A program made the position numbers and the translations under genes. From contig JAAOMT010000372.1 of the NCBI GenBank assembly GCA_016748015.1, positions 744,001-808,000 on the forward strand: 64,000 nt of DNA. The letters run 5' to 3'. Under the pieces are notes generated by a model that ran no database searches, was not told the origin of the DNA, and was given only the letters and a program-made list of their open reading frames with translations. This DNA comes from Geosiphon pyriformis uo1 (lineage: Eukaryota > Fungi > Glomeromycota). Numbering within the stretch: the stretch's first letter is position 1; every line of letters begins with the position of its first letter. Below are positions 1 to 10,712 of this stretch, piece by piece.

Positions 1-252
1 AGTTACTGAATAGTTCTTTTTTGCTGGTGTAAGAGATCTACTGGCATATGTTATAGCATATTTTTTGTTATTTTCATTTTTTTGTGAGAGAACAGCACCA
101 AGTTTATAGCCAAATACATTAGTGTGGAGGATAAAAGATTGGTCCAGATCAGATTGCTTAAGAATTGGTTCAGTAACAAGTTTTTCCTTCAGAATTTCAA
201 AAGCTTTTTGTTAATAAGTGCTCTAGTGATAATTAACATTTTTTTTAAGTAG

Positions 253-1120
253 TTAATTAAGAGAAAAAGTAATTTTGGAGAAATCCTTGATAAATTTGCA
301 ATAGTAAGAAGTCAAACCAAGAAAATAACATAGTTTAGAAACATTTATTGGTTGTCTAATGTTCTGGACTTTTTTAACCTTAGCTGGATCAGAAAAAATT
401 CTATCTTTTGTAATAAAACGACCAAGAAACTGGGTGGATTGATGTCCAAAGAAAAATTTAATTGGGTTTATTTTGAGACCAGTATTTCTAAGCAGGTCAA
501 AAACTTTTTGCAAGTGTTTAAAATGTTTATTCCAGGTTTTTGAGTATATTATTATGTCATCTAAGTAGACCAAAACAAAGTTTTCTTTTACTAATTTAAA
601 CACTTTGTCCATTAAACATTGAAAAGTGAAAAGAGCATTAGTAAGACCAAAAGACATAACTGTGAATTTGTAGGTGCCATACTTGGTAATAAAAGCAGTT
701 TTCTTTCTGCTTTCTGAATTCATCTCTACTTGTCAGAATGTAGCAGTTAAGTCAATAATTGAGAAAAAAGCAGCACTATTGAATTTATCTAGTATTGTAT
801 CAATTTTGAGAAGTAAGTATATGTCTCTTATAGTGATAATATTTAATTGGCAGTAGTCAACACAAAAACATAGAATTCTACTTTTCTTGAATACCACTAC
901 AACTGGAAAAGCCCATTTACTCTTGGTTTTTTGTATGAATCCAAGATCTTTTATTCAATTTATTTCTTTTTTAATAAACTCATTATTGTGTTAATTGGAT
1001 TAATAAAGCTTCAAATAGATGGAATAAGTTTCTTTAGTGGTGATAATATGTTGTATCACATGGGTTTGTCCAGAGGTGTCATCTTTTTTGAGATAACTGG
1101 GCTATTTCTAGCCAACAGAT
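253..1120 (-). pseudogene. pol: Element A reverse transcriptase (pseudo)
   Basis: ORF 253-723 has YLDD and KTAF motifs; upstream W-x-FPVVV...CVDY motifs are broken by stops. Confidence 0.9.
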
Positions 1121-1625
1121 TTTTAATGTCTATTTTTTTTTCTTTAGAAGAGGGTTTTCTTTGGTCTACTGCAAGTGATTAGATTTTAAGTGGTTTATTT
1201 TCAAAGAACTTTTGTACTTCTTTTAGTTCTTCTTTGGATATCAAACTAATTGGCTCCCAATCTTTGTAATAGATTAAGCAGGACTTGCATTCATCACTAG
1301 AAGAATACAAAAGTTTATTGTACTAGCATTTGGCACAAAAACCATGCCACTAATAGCTGTATTTGGTTTTTTTGCCAGGTTTTCTATCAAAGATTCTTCT
1401 GAGAATATCATAGTAAAGCCAACAGATTAGCTTGTTATTTATTATAATTCTTTTTTTGTCAACTTTAATATTGTTTAGTGGCTTGTTATTGTTGATGAAA
1501 ATAGTATAGACAAGTTTAACAGTTTCTTCTTGTTCTTTTTGATCTTTTTTTTTATCACTCTCATTATTATCTGATTTATCTGATTGTTTTTTTTCTTGGT
1601 TTTGCTTGGATACTGGAGAAGTTGT

Positions 1626-3988
1626 TTAATAACAGCACTTAATCACAATGGGCTTCTTATCACATCTGATGGTTGGTTTACAAAGTTTATAGTTAAGTAG
1701 TGCTTTGGCTTTTTTAAACCACTTATTACCAACAATAATAGTGTATTCTTTTGCTTTAGATATTTCCATATAAGTTTTAATGCTAATACTATTGATGCAG
1801 ACAGAAACAGTTTTGGCTATGTCTAGGTTTTTCTTTTTGTTACCATGTATATTGGTTATAGACTGAATGAAAGATTCATCAATTTTTCTTTCAATGGCTT
1901 CCAAAAAGTGTTTGGCAATTACATTAACAGATGATCTACTGTCTAGGATCAAATTAATAAAATAACCAGCCACTTGGGCTTTGCAAATCAGAGAAATAAC
2001 ATTGCTGTTGTTAGCAAGTTCAGCTTAATGAGAGCACTTATTGGTTTTTGGTGTTTTCTTTTTTGAAATCAATAATTTGCAAAGATCTTTTTTGAACTGT
2101 GAATAAGTTATTAGTTGGCCAAATGTAATATGTGTTGGGGTTTTCATAAGATCTTTAATAATGGAATAAGGACCAGATTTTTGTACTATCTCTGGAGGTT
2201 CCAACTTTGAAAGATTTTTAAAAACTTTAGTTTTTGGTGGCTTATTGTTATTAACAGTTGATGTGAATGCTTTGTTTGGATTCAGAACAAAATCAACTTT
2301 GGCTTTTTTCTTCTTTCTTGTTAATTCAGAAGTGTTAATTGTTAATTTATCTATGTTATGGTTATCATTAGTTAGGTTAAAAACATAAAAGAAATTTTCT
2401 TCTGATTGGCTTGCACTTTTATCCTTTGGAGATGCACTTACCAGTTTAAAAGCTAATAAACAGTGGCTTCAATTAAAAGATCCTCTCCAAAGAAATTAAT
2501 GTTGGCATGATTGGGTCTTTGATTGAGAACATTGTTGTTAATGGTTCTGTTATTTTAATTATTATTGTTTCTGAGAATTGGAGGAGGCAAAAGAGGATTG
2601 TTGCAATTTCTGGAAAAATGTCCAGTTAATTCACAGTGATAACACACAAGTGGACCACAATTTTGTTGTTTTTGATAAGAAGGTTGCTAGAACTAATTAA
2701 AATGGAGTTCAAATCTGGTTCTTTGTGGTTGCTAATTATCTCTAACTGCTTAGGCTAAAAGTTCTAGTAACTGGACAAGATTAGCTGTAAGTCTGTCTAT
2801 CAACTGTTCATTTGGGTCTTGAGTTTGGATAGCAAAAGAGGTAATGGCTATTTGAGAAGCAGGACAATAACAGGAGCAGAAACAAAAACTGGAAGTGTAG
2901 ATTCCAAGTGCATCTTTTGATTGTCTTTAATTTTTTGGGTTAGTTCAATAGTTGTATCTATTGTAGGATTGTCTTTCAGAATCAGGAGAGGCCAAAGAGC
3001 ATATAAGAGATCAGTTCTTAATTCTTTTGTAAAGAAATGAGTTTTTTGCTTTTCTGTTCAGTTTTTTTAGAGTCTATCTGCTTGATTAACTTTTTAATTG
3101 CTTTGGCATATTCAGTTACAATTTTACCAGAACTTTGGATTCTTTTTTCTAATTTCATGCACCATTTGGATATTAAGATAGAAGTTCTAAATTTCATTTC
3201 AAATCAAGTAGTAAAAAAGATGTTGTCTTTTTTAGCATTTGCTGATGCCCACTTAATGATTCTTTGTTAAGCATTGGCATTGGTTTCTTGTGAGAACCAA
3301 GTAGCAAAAAAGCCTTGAAGGTAGCCACCAATAATTTGGAACTTGTATTCATTATTATATTGGTTGGTTGTGATAGCTCTTTCAAAGTTATTTAACTATT
3401 TAATAGGATCTTGTGTATTATCTTTGAATAATAGTAATGGGATATTGTTTTTTCAACTTAAAGCAGTTTGTATGTCTTGGAAAGCAATCAGAATATTTTG
3501 TTGTATAAAGTTATTAGCCATTGGTTCAAGAGTAACTGTTTGTGTAAAATGTTCTAATTCACTTAAGAAAAAATCAAAAACAAGAGCAGTTTAATAACTT
3601 TCTTCTTCTGTTTCAAAGGATGTTTCAGCTAGCTGATGAGCAGCAACCCAAATGTGAATTTGGTAATTTAGGTATTCAGAATTAGGGGGCTGTTGTTCAA
3701 AGATTGTGGAATATAAAAGTTGATTAATGCTGTTGTTTCTTTCTTTAAAGTTGTCTTCAAGATAAACTTGATTAAAGTAATAAGTTGTATAAACTGTGTA
3801 GGTTTCAGCTGAATGCTCATTTAGGAACCAGTTCTAAAAGTTTTGGAATTGTTTACTAAATTGTTCTTTAATAGAGAAGCAAATTAAGCAGAAGAGCAAA
3901 AAATTGAGTTCAATAAAGTCTAGATTTTTTTGTTGTGTGTTTTTAAGTATTCTTCTGATTGTTGTGACAGATATAAATAATCACCCAT
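1626..3988 (-). pseudogene. gag: Element A gag-protease (pseudo)
   Basis: Retrotransposon Gag capsid-like segment (3037-3450), zinc knuckle and aspartic protease LILDS motif; most in-frame stops can be explained as CAA/CGA/TGG transitions. Confidence 0.8.
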
Positions 3989-4048
3989 ACAATAGGAAAC
4001 AAAATGGATTTTAACAACCTTACAAAAAACATCACTTTTATGTTATAA

Positions 4049-4850
4049 TATTACAGATAATTATTTGGGGTTTTAAATCAAATAACAAATCTGTAATTTG
4101 GTGTTAATAGCTGATATAATTGTTATGATCTGAAAGTTTTGGTTAAGTTCTTTGTATAATAGACAGAGATTTAATGGTTGTTTTTAATAGTCTCCCAGAA
4201 TTACAATTCTATTAATTCTTTTTTTGGCTTGGTGGTTGGCAATTTTTTGGTAAACAATTCATATTTTTTATGTGTCTTACCCACTTGCAAGAATTTTTTA
4301 CCAAGCAATCCTTGACATCAATAATTTAGCACTTTAATTTTTAATCAATTAGTTAACAACAAAAAATAACAAAATAAAATAAAATAAAAATAAAATAAAA
4401 AAAAATAAAAAAATAAGCCAAGACAATGAATGTTAGTATCCTGTTAATAGCCATAATTAAGAGCTATTGTTCCAGTATGGTTTAGGTATTAGCTACTATC
4501 AACATAAAGAGTTGATAGTAAAGAGTAAATTAAGATAACAAATAATTATTTATTGATATTTTGTGAATTAGAAGGTTGTTTAAATAAAATCTAAACTAAG
4601 AAGTCTTAATATCAATTCTGTTTTTTTCTACTTCTAACACTACTGCTATATATACATAATTGAGATTCTTCAATTCCTCAATTTTTTACACCAGGAATCC
4701 TGCAATTCTTTTAAGAGAAATACTGGAATTCTGAAATCCTGTGATTTTTTGTATAAGAATTCTAAAATTTCTGGAATTCCATATTTACTATGGTTATTTC
4801 TGATTGGCTAATTTATATGCTAATATATTTCCTATATTCTAAGAGTAATA
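4049..4850 (-). repeat. 3' LTR of element B
   Basis: Aligns along its length with 32766-33583; termini TATTAC...GTAATA are decayed TGTTAC...GTAACA; adjoins the PPT. Confidence 0.93.
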
Positions 4851-5494
4851 TTATTTCCTTCTTTTAATATTAAGCTTCATCAAGATCCCAAAACTCTTCT
4901 AATTTTTCTTTCTTAATTATTTCTTGGACTTTTTTTTTGAGAATTATTTGTGTTATTTTGTTTTGTAATTTTTCAAATTAAACATTGGTTATTTTTCCCA
5001 TTTGGTAATGGTAATAATGTCTATTGCTGAGTTGAGTAAAATTTCTGGTCAGTCTTAAATCCAATTTGCAACTGATAGATGACTTGTGCTTGTGTAGTTA
5101 GATTGTTCTTTCTTACAAATTGTTCAAGTTGTTGTAAAATTTCTGAATCAAATAATCATTTTGTTTTATTTGTATATAAGTTTTGAATATTCAGGTGTTG
5201 TCTTAAGTGAAAATAACAAAAATTCTTTGAAAATTTTTGTATCCACTATTTCCATATTTCTTTGGTTAATTTTTGATATGTAATAACACTTGTTGGCTCT
5301 TCTATTGCCACTTTTACTTTTAAAATTATTTTGTCAATGGTATTTTCTGGTTTTTTTTGTACTTTGTATTGGAGTATTTTTCTGGTATTTCTGTATCAAA
5401 TGGTTTATTAGTTAATAGTAATTTTCATATTCCATTGTTGAATTAATTGAAAGAGTTGTTGTGCTAGCAAATGAATTTTGTCAGTAATTTCCAT
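4850..5494 (-). pseudogene. Element B ORF3 (accessory ORF after integrase; divergent homolog of 17880-18599)
   Basis: Read through stops: MEITDKIHLLAQQLFQLI...CYFHLRQHL...AQVIYQL...MGKITNVxFEKLQNKITQII...FWDL, colinear with element C ORF3 motifs. Confidence 0.8.
4851..4865 (-). promoter_or_regulatory. Polypurine tract of element B
   Basis: AAAAGAAGGAAATAA on the minus strand immediately before the 3' LTR. Confidence 0.85.
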
Positions 5495-5548
5495 TTTTCT
5501 GATATTTTTTATCATGTTTATCATGTCTTTATATATTCTTTTGGTTGA

Positions 5549-6922
5549 TTAATTTGATGTGTTTGTGTTAATGATAATGATTGGTTCTAAATTTTGTGGA
5601 ATCTCATCTGGTCAGACTAGTATTCTTTGTACTCCCAACTGTAGAATATTACTAATGGATGATGATACTATATTGTGATATGGTTTTAGTTGATTACCAT
5701 ATGCTGCTTTGGCTAAGATTTTGTTGTCTCATCTTAATTTATAAGCTCCATTTCCAAGAATTTTTTTTATGTAAAATGGTCTATCCTATTTGGAGTTAAA
5801 TTCTCTACTCTATTGTTTTTCCACTTTAGTACAATGTAGAAATATTTTGTTTTCAATCTTAAATTCAACTGATTTAATTGGTAATTAGTTATTATGTCTT
5901 TCTTTTTGTTTTTTTTGTGATTTCTGAATATTATCAGCTGTTTTTTATTGTTTGTTTTCTAAAGTTTCTATTAAGTCATATGTTCTTCTTAATAATATTT
6001 CTTGAAAATTGTCTTCCATTATTGGTTCAGTTGGATATGTATTAACTTTTATTTCAACTGATAATGTTGCTGTTCTACCATATACCAATTCAAATAGTAT
6101 TGCTTGTATAGTATCTTGCTTTATTGTTTGATAAGCAAATAATACTGATGGTATAAACAAATCCCATTTGTTCTGGTTTTCTTAGCTGATTTTGGTGATT
6201 GTTTTACACAATGTTCTGTTAAATCTTTCAACTAACCCATTTGTTTGTAGATGGTATGATGATAATAATAGTTTTTTGATTCCAAATTTTTGACTTAATT
6301 CTGCTAATGTTCTGTTTACAAAGTAAGTTTCTTAATTTGAAAGTAGTTTTTTTAGACATCTGTGTTGACAAATTAGATTTTAATAAATGAATTTAACAAT
6401 GGATTCTGCATCTACTCTTTGAATTGCTTTTGCTTCTGGCCACCTAGTAAGATAATTCATGGCTACTACAATGTATCTGTTGTCTTTGCTAATTATAATT
6501 AATGGTTTAATTAAGTCAATTCCAATGTGATTAAATGGTTGTCTTACTTTAATTGGTCTTAATGATTTACTGAGCTTTGTTCCTTTTCTTTTCTAACAAG
6601 CATCACAATTTTAAACATATTGAATACATTGATAGCCAGTAGTATTTTTTTCTGGTTCTTTTTATTGTTGCTTCTTTATGAAAATATCTTGCTATTAGAT
6701 CAGAGTGTATGTTAAATAATATTGTTTTTTTTCTGGTTCTGTGATTACTCTGATTGGTTAATCTGAATTCTTTCTGTTTTTCTGATAAAATATATCTTGG
6801 TAAGTAATAAAATATTTAAATTGTTGTTTGATATGGCTTTGTTCTTTTGGAAATAATTTTTTCTTGAACTGCTGGATATTAATATAGTGTTAAAATTGTT
6901 AATATTTTTGGGTTAAAATGTT
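5549..6922 (-). pseudogene. int: Element B integrase (pseudo, separate frame)
   Basis: Zn-finger (H..H..C..C region), DDE core (IGIDL, YLTRWPEA, YHLQTNGLVERFNRTL) and GPF-type C-terminus; no chromodomain. Confidence 0.88.
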
Positions 6923-6923
6923 T

Positions 6924-8330
6924 TTAGATTTGTTTCATTCATAACAGAGCATCAACATTTCCATTTTCTTTTTCTTTTTTGTAATGTACTGTATAATTAA
7001 ATAGTAAAAGTTCTATTTTCTATTTAGCATAACAATTATCTCCGAATTTTTGCTTCTGGATTGAAGTTAATTTTTTATGGTCAGTGTATATGTTAAATTT
7101 TTGACTTAAGTATTCTTTCCACTTTATGACTGCTTAATAAATAGCTAAGTGTTTTAATGCTGGTGTTTTATAATTTTTTTTAGCTGAACTTAAGCTGCAA
7201 CTAGCATATACTACTGGGTGTTTTCTTCCATTTGGTCTTTTTTAAAATAGTACTGCTCCTAATGTTTGACCCAACACATTGATTGTGATTATAAATGGCT
7301 TGCTATGATCTAAATAGATCAATATTGAAGCTTGAATAAGCTTTCTTCTTAATATATCAAAAGCTTTCTGCTGAGTTTTCATCTATTTATATTTGGTGTT
7401 TTTTGTTTGAAACTGGTGTAATAGCTAAACCAGTTTGGAGAAGTCTTTGATAAAGTGGCAGTAGTAACCTGCAAATTCCAAGAATGCTCATAATTCAGTC
7501 AAGTTGGTGAGTACTGAAAAGTTTTTAACTATCTCAATTTTGTTTGAATCTGTTTTAATTTCATCTTTGTTTACAACATGTTCCAAAAACTTGAGTTCTG
7601 TCTTGCCAAAAAAACACTTAGTTGTATTTAGTTTCAACTCTGCTCTTCTCAGTCTTTTAAACACTTGCTGGAGATAATAAAAATGTTCATTAAATGTTTT
7701 TGAAAACACATTGGTATTGTCCAAATACATGACTACTAATTTCCATAATAGTCCAATATAGACAATTTTCATGAGCCATTGGAATATTGTTGGAGTATTT
7801 ATCAAGCCAAATAGTATTACTTCAAACTCAAAATTTTTTTCTTAAATTGTAAAAGCCATTTTTTTCTTATCTTTTGGTTTTATGATTACTTGTCAGTAGC
7901 CACTGTTTAAATCTAAAGTCAAAAACCATTTCTTTCCTTCAAAAGCATCAAAAAGTTCTTGGATCTTTGAAATTGGGTAGTTATCTCTCTTAGTTACTTT
8001 ATTAAGTTTTCAGTAATCCACACAAAAGTGGATTTTTCCATTTTTTTTATAAATTAGTACTACTAATAACAACCATGGGCTCATTGATGACTGAATTAGT
8101 CTGTTGTCAAGCATCCAATTAATTTCTTGACAAATGATCTCATGGCTGGCTAGTGGTACTCAGTATGCTCTTTGTTTAATTGGTATTGTATTTCCAGTCT
8201 TAATCTGGTGCTGGATTATATCAGTTCTATCAAATTTATTTTCACTTGCAAAAATATCAGTAAAGTTGTTGAGTAACATTTTGAGTTGCATTCACTGAAG
8301 TGGGTCTAAGTTTCCAAGATTCATTTGTTT
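6924..8330 (-). pseudogene. pol: Element B RT-RNase H (pseudo)
   Basis: ORF 7488-7805 (YLDN motif) plus RNase H ending NVDAL(x)xMKQI-TAA at 6924-6926. Confidence 0.9.
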
Positions 8331-8739
8331 CAATTGTTCTAATTAGAGCAAATAACATTTGTTCTGTTCATAGATTGTTTGTAGTATTATGTCAATATAT
8401 CCACACAGTTATGGAAAGTCTAGAATAAGGTTTGGTGGTTGGTTTTCGATTTTGGTGGTTAAATATCCAATGGTGGTTTCTTCTAATATCTTGATAACAT
8501 CTCTTGTGTTGTTGTAAATAAAAATTTTGATGTGACTATGGTTTTTGGTTGGTATGTGTAAATTGACTAATCCAATCTTTTCTGATTTACAAAATGTGAC
8601 TTCTGCTTTAAAAATCTGAGCCTGATCCTTTATTTTTCTTTCTATAACTAACATATACTAATTATATGATAGGATAGAAATTGATTGACAGGTAAAGATA
8701 ATTTCTTCCTTGTCAATAATTTTTTCTTCTGCCATATTA

Positions 8740-9180
8740 ACTGGTACATCTATTCTATTCATGGATCTGAATTTATTTATCCTTCTTGTTGTTATTCCTA
8801 ATTTTTTTTTGTTTTTCACTAATACTAATTGAGCTATTTTATTCAGAGGTAAGAATATTGCCTGTGTTATCTTCTTATTTGGCTCTATAATATAGGCCTT
8901 TTCTAAATTATTTTGTAGCATTGCAATGATATTTCCTATATATTCTGTGTCAATTATTTCTTCTTTAATGTTAATCTCTTTTTTCACTAAACTATTCTTA
9001 GATGCTAATTGAACTATTGTTGTTGCTAGAATTTTCAATGCTACTTTCAAATCAATGTATGTGCATGAATATGGTTCTAATCTGATGGCATTTTTCCCTA
9101 AATATTTTAGATTAAACCCAGTATTAGTATTATGCACATGTTTTGGCATAATACTTTTATTATTATTGCTGAACCATTTC
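8740..9180 (-). pseudogene. dut: Element B dUTPase domain (pseudo)
   Basis: Decayed motifs TGFNL, SKNSL, IIDTEYIGNI, KITQAI, RRINKFRS within ORF 8658-9212. Confidence 0.85.
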
Positions 9181-9717
9181 AATTTCTGCTCTTTGGTAAG
9201 ATCAAGGAGCACAATGTATTGTTCAGGATTTGAATCAAAGTTTGAATTGTTGTTGTTGTAACTGTTATTTTAAATGAAACTAAAACTGTTGTTTTTATTA
9301 TTGTCATTGTTGGAGTTTGAATCAGGATTGAAATTTGATTTTGATTCCAATATATAGCTGTTGATTGGTTTTTCCTCTTCAGAGATTGTGTAAATTATGC
9401 ATGGTAATAGATTGTAAATAAGGTTACACTCATTACAATATTAAAAGTTACATAGAATCAAACAGTAATTATATAGTCATGTGTTTATTTTTTCTAAACA
9501 TTGCTCTTGTTCTTTCTGAGTGAGTGCCAGATTCTGATAATGTTCATAGAATTTTTCTGAACTGGTTTTAATATCAAGAAAAGTGTTAGAGTTGGAAATA
9601 AGAAAAGTTATAACTGGTTCTAGTGGGTTATTTTTAATCTCTAATATTTTGCTGAACAAAACGTCTTCAACTTTGGCACTTGTCATTCTCCAGATTTTGT
9701 CTTTGTTATGTAGGTAG

Positions 9718-10693
9718 TGTTACCAGATGAAATTAGAGATATTATTTAGCATAAAATTATCTTATAATTTCTATCATTAATTAGCATATATTATCATTTT
9801 AAATTATCACTTATTATATTAGCAAAAATGTCCGAAATTATCATTTAATTAATAACCCAAATTGTACACAACACAAATGTAACCTAATTGCAATGATCAA
9901 TTATGCAATACCCTGAACTATGTAACATTCAAAAGTTCGCTGAAATTTATAGAAATTTGCCGAAATAATTGATGGTTCACCAAAATATCTAATAGTTCGC
10001 AGAAATAACTTGTAGTTCACTGAAATGTATCTTTAGTTCAGCAAAATTGTAGAAAATAACAAAGTTCAAGTTCATAGAATAGTGTTACGACAAGTTGTAT
10101 AAAAGAAGAGCTTCTCTCTTTGAGAAAATGTATCTTACTTTAGATTTAACAATTAGAATCATCCTTTATACACAAAACGAAATAAATATCAAATAATTCA
10201 AAAAATCAAATCCTGAATTATTTTACTTTTGAAATTAACTAATTTCTATGAAACAGTTTGAAATTGATTAGCTACCAATTTCAGTAAACTGTTAGTGACT
10301 CCAGGCTTGGATAGAAAACGTTTCCCTTGACAGAATTCTATTTCTTTTACATTTCTTTTATTTTATTTTATTTTCTTTTTACAATCATTAGGGTAGCCTA
10401 CAGACAAGATTTCTGTAGAAGAGTTGACTTTCACAGCAAAGTAGCTATACATTTTAGCAAGCTTCCAGATGAGCAATTCCTGAGAAAGAGTTGACATTTA
10501 CTACAATGTAACTACATAAAGTAACTGGCATGGAATTGGCTATTCCACTTATAAGTCCAGCAGTTCAAATTATAGAAGATAATTTGAAGATAAATTCAGT
10601 TATTAGAGATTCAACCACATCCAGAAAACGTGCATTCACAGCAAACAAGCATCGACAACATTTAAAAAAAGAGACCAAAAACCTCTGGTAACA
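9718..10693 (+). repeat. 5' LTR of element C
   Basis: Gap-free alignment to 18568-19543, about 38 mismatches by eye; TATAAAAG at ~10098. Confidence 0.97.
9935..10048 (+). repeat. U3 array of GTTCGCCGAAAT-like motifs with 20-bp period
   Basis: Copies start at 9935, 9955, 9975, 9995, 10015 and 10036; also present in the other C and D LTRs. Confidence 0.85.
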
Positions 10694-10712
10694 TTTGGTG
10701 CTCTTTTATGGA
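10694..10712 (+). promoter_or_regulatory. Primer-binding site of element C (tRNA ending ...GAGCACCA)
   Basis: TT-TGGTGCTC directly after the LTR end; the tRNA identity cannot be resolved from the sequence alone. Confidence 0.85.

Larger units (their letters stand above)
1..4044 (-). mobile_element. Ty3/Gypsy LTR retrotransposon A (degenerate, truncated by the window; interrupted by element B, its upstream part probably resumes at 33588-33780)
   Basis: Minus-strand Gag (ATG ~3988; CCHC knuckle CYHCELTGHFSRNC ~2600-2645), protease (LILDSRSS, 1626-1973), RT (KTAF...FGLTNA...YLDDII, 253-723) and start of RNase H (LHT...GAVLSQ, 1-250). No dUTPase seen between PR and RT, so it is a different family from B-E. 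Confidence 0.9.

Noticed and set aside
9935-10048. Regularly spaced repeats as a CRISPR array
   Set aside because: Units are ~12 bp with ~8-bp spacers, sit inside LTRs in a eukaryotic context, and no cas genes are present.
10694-10712. Specific tRNA assignment for the PBS
   Set aside because: TGGTGCT(C/T) fits several tRNAs with GCT-starting acceptor stems (e.g. Ile-TAT, elongator Met, Thr); the host tRNA set is needed.
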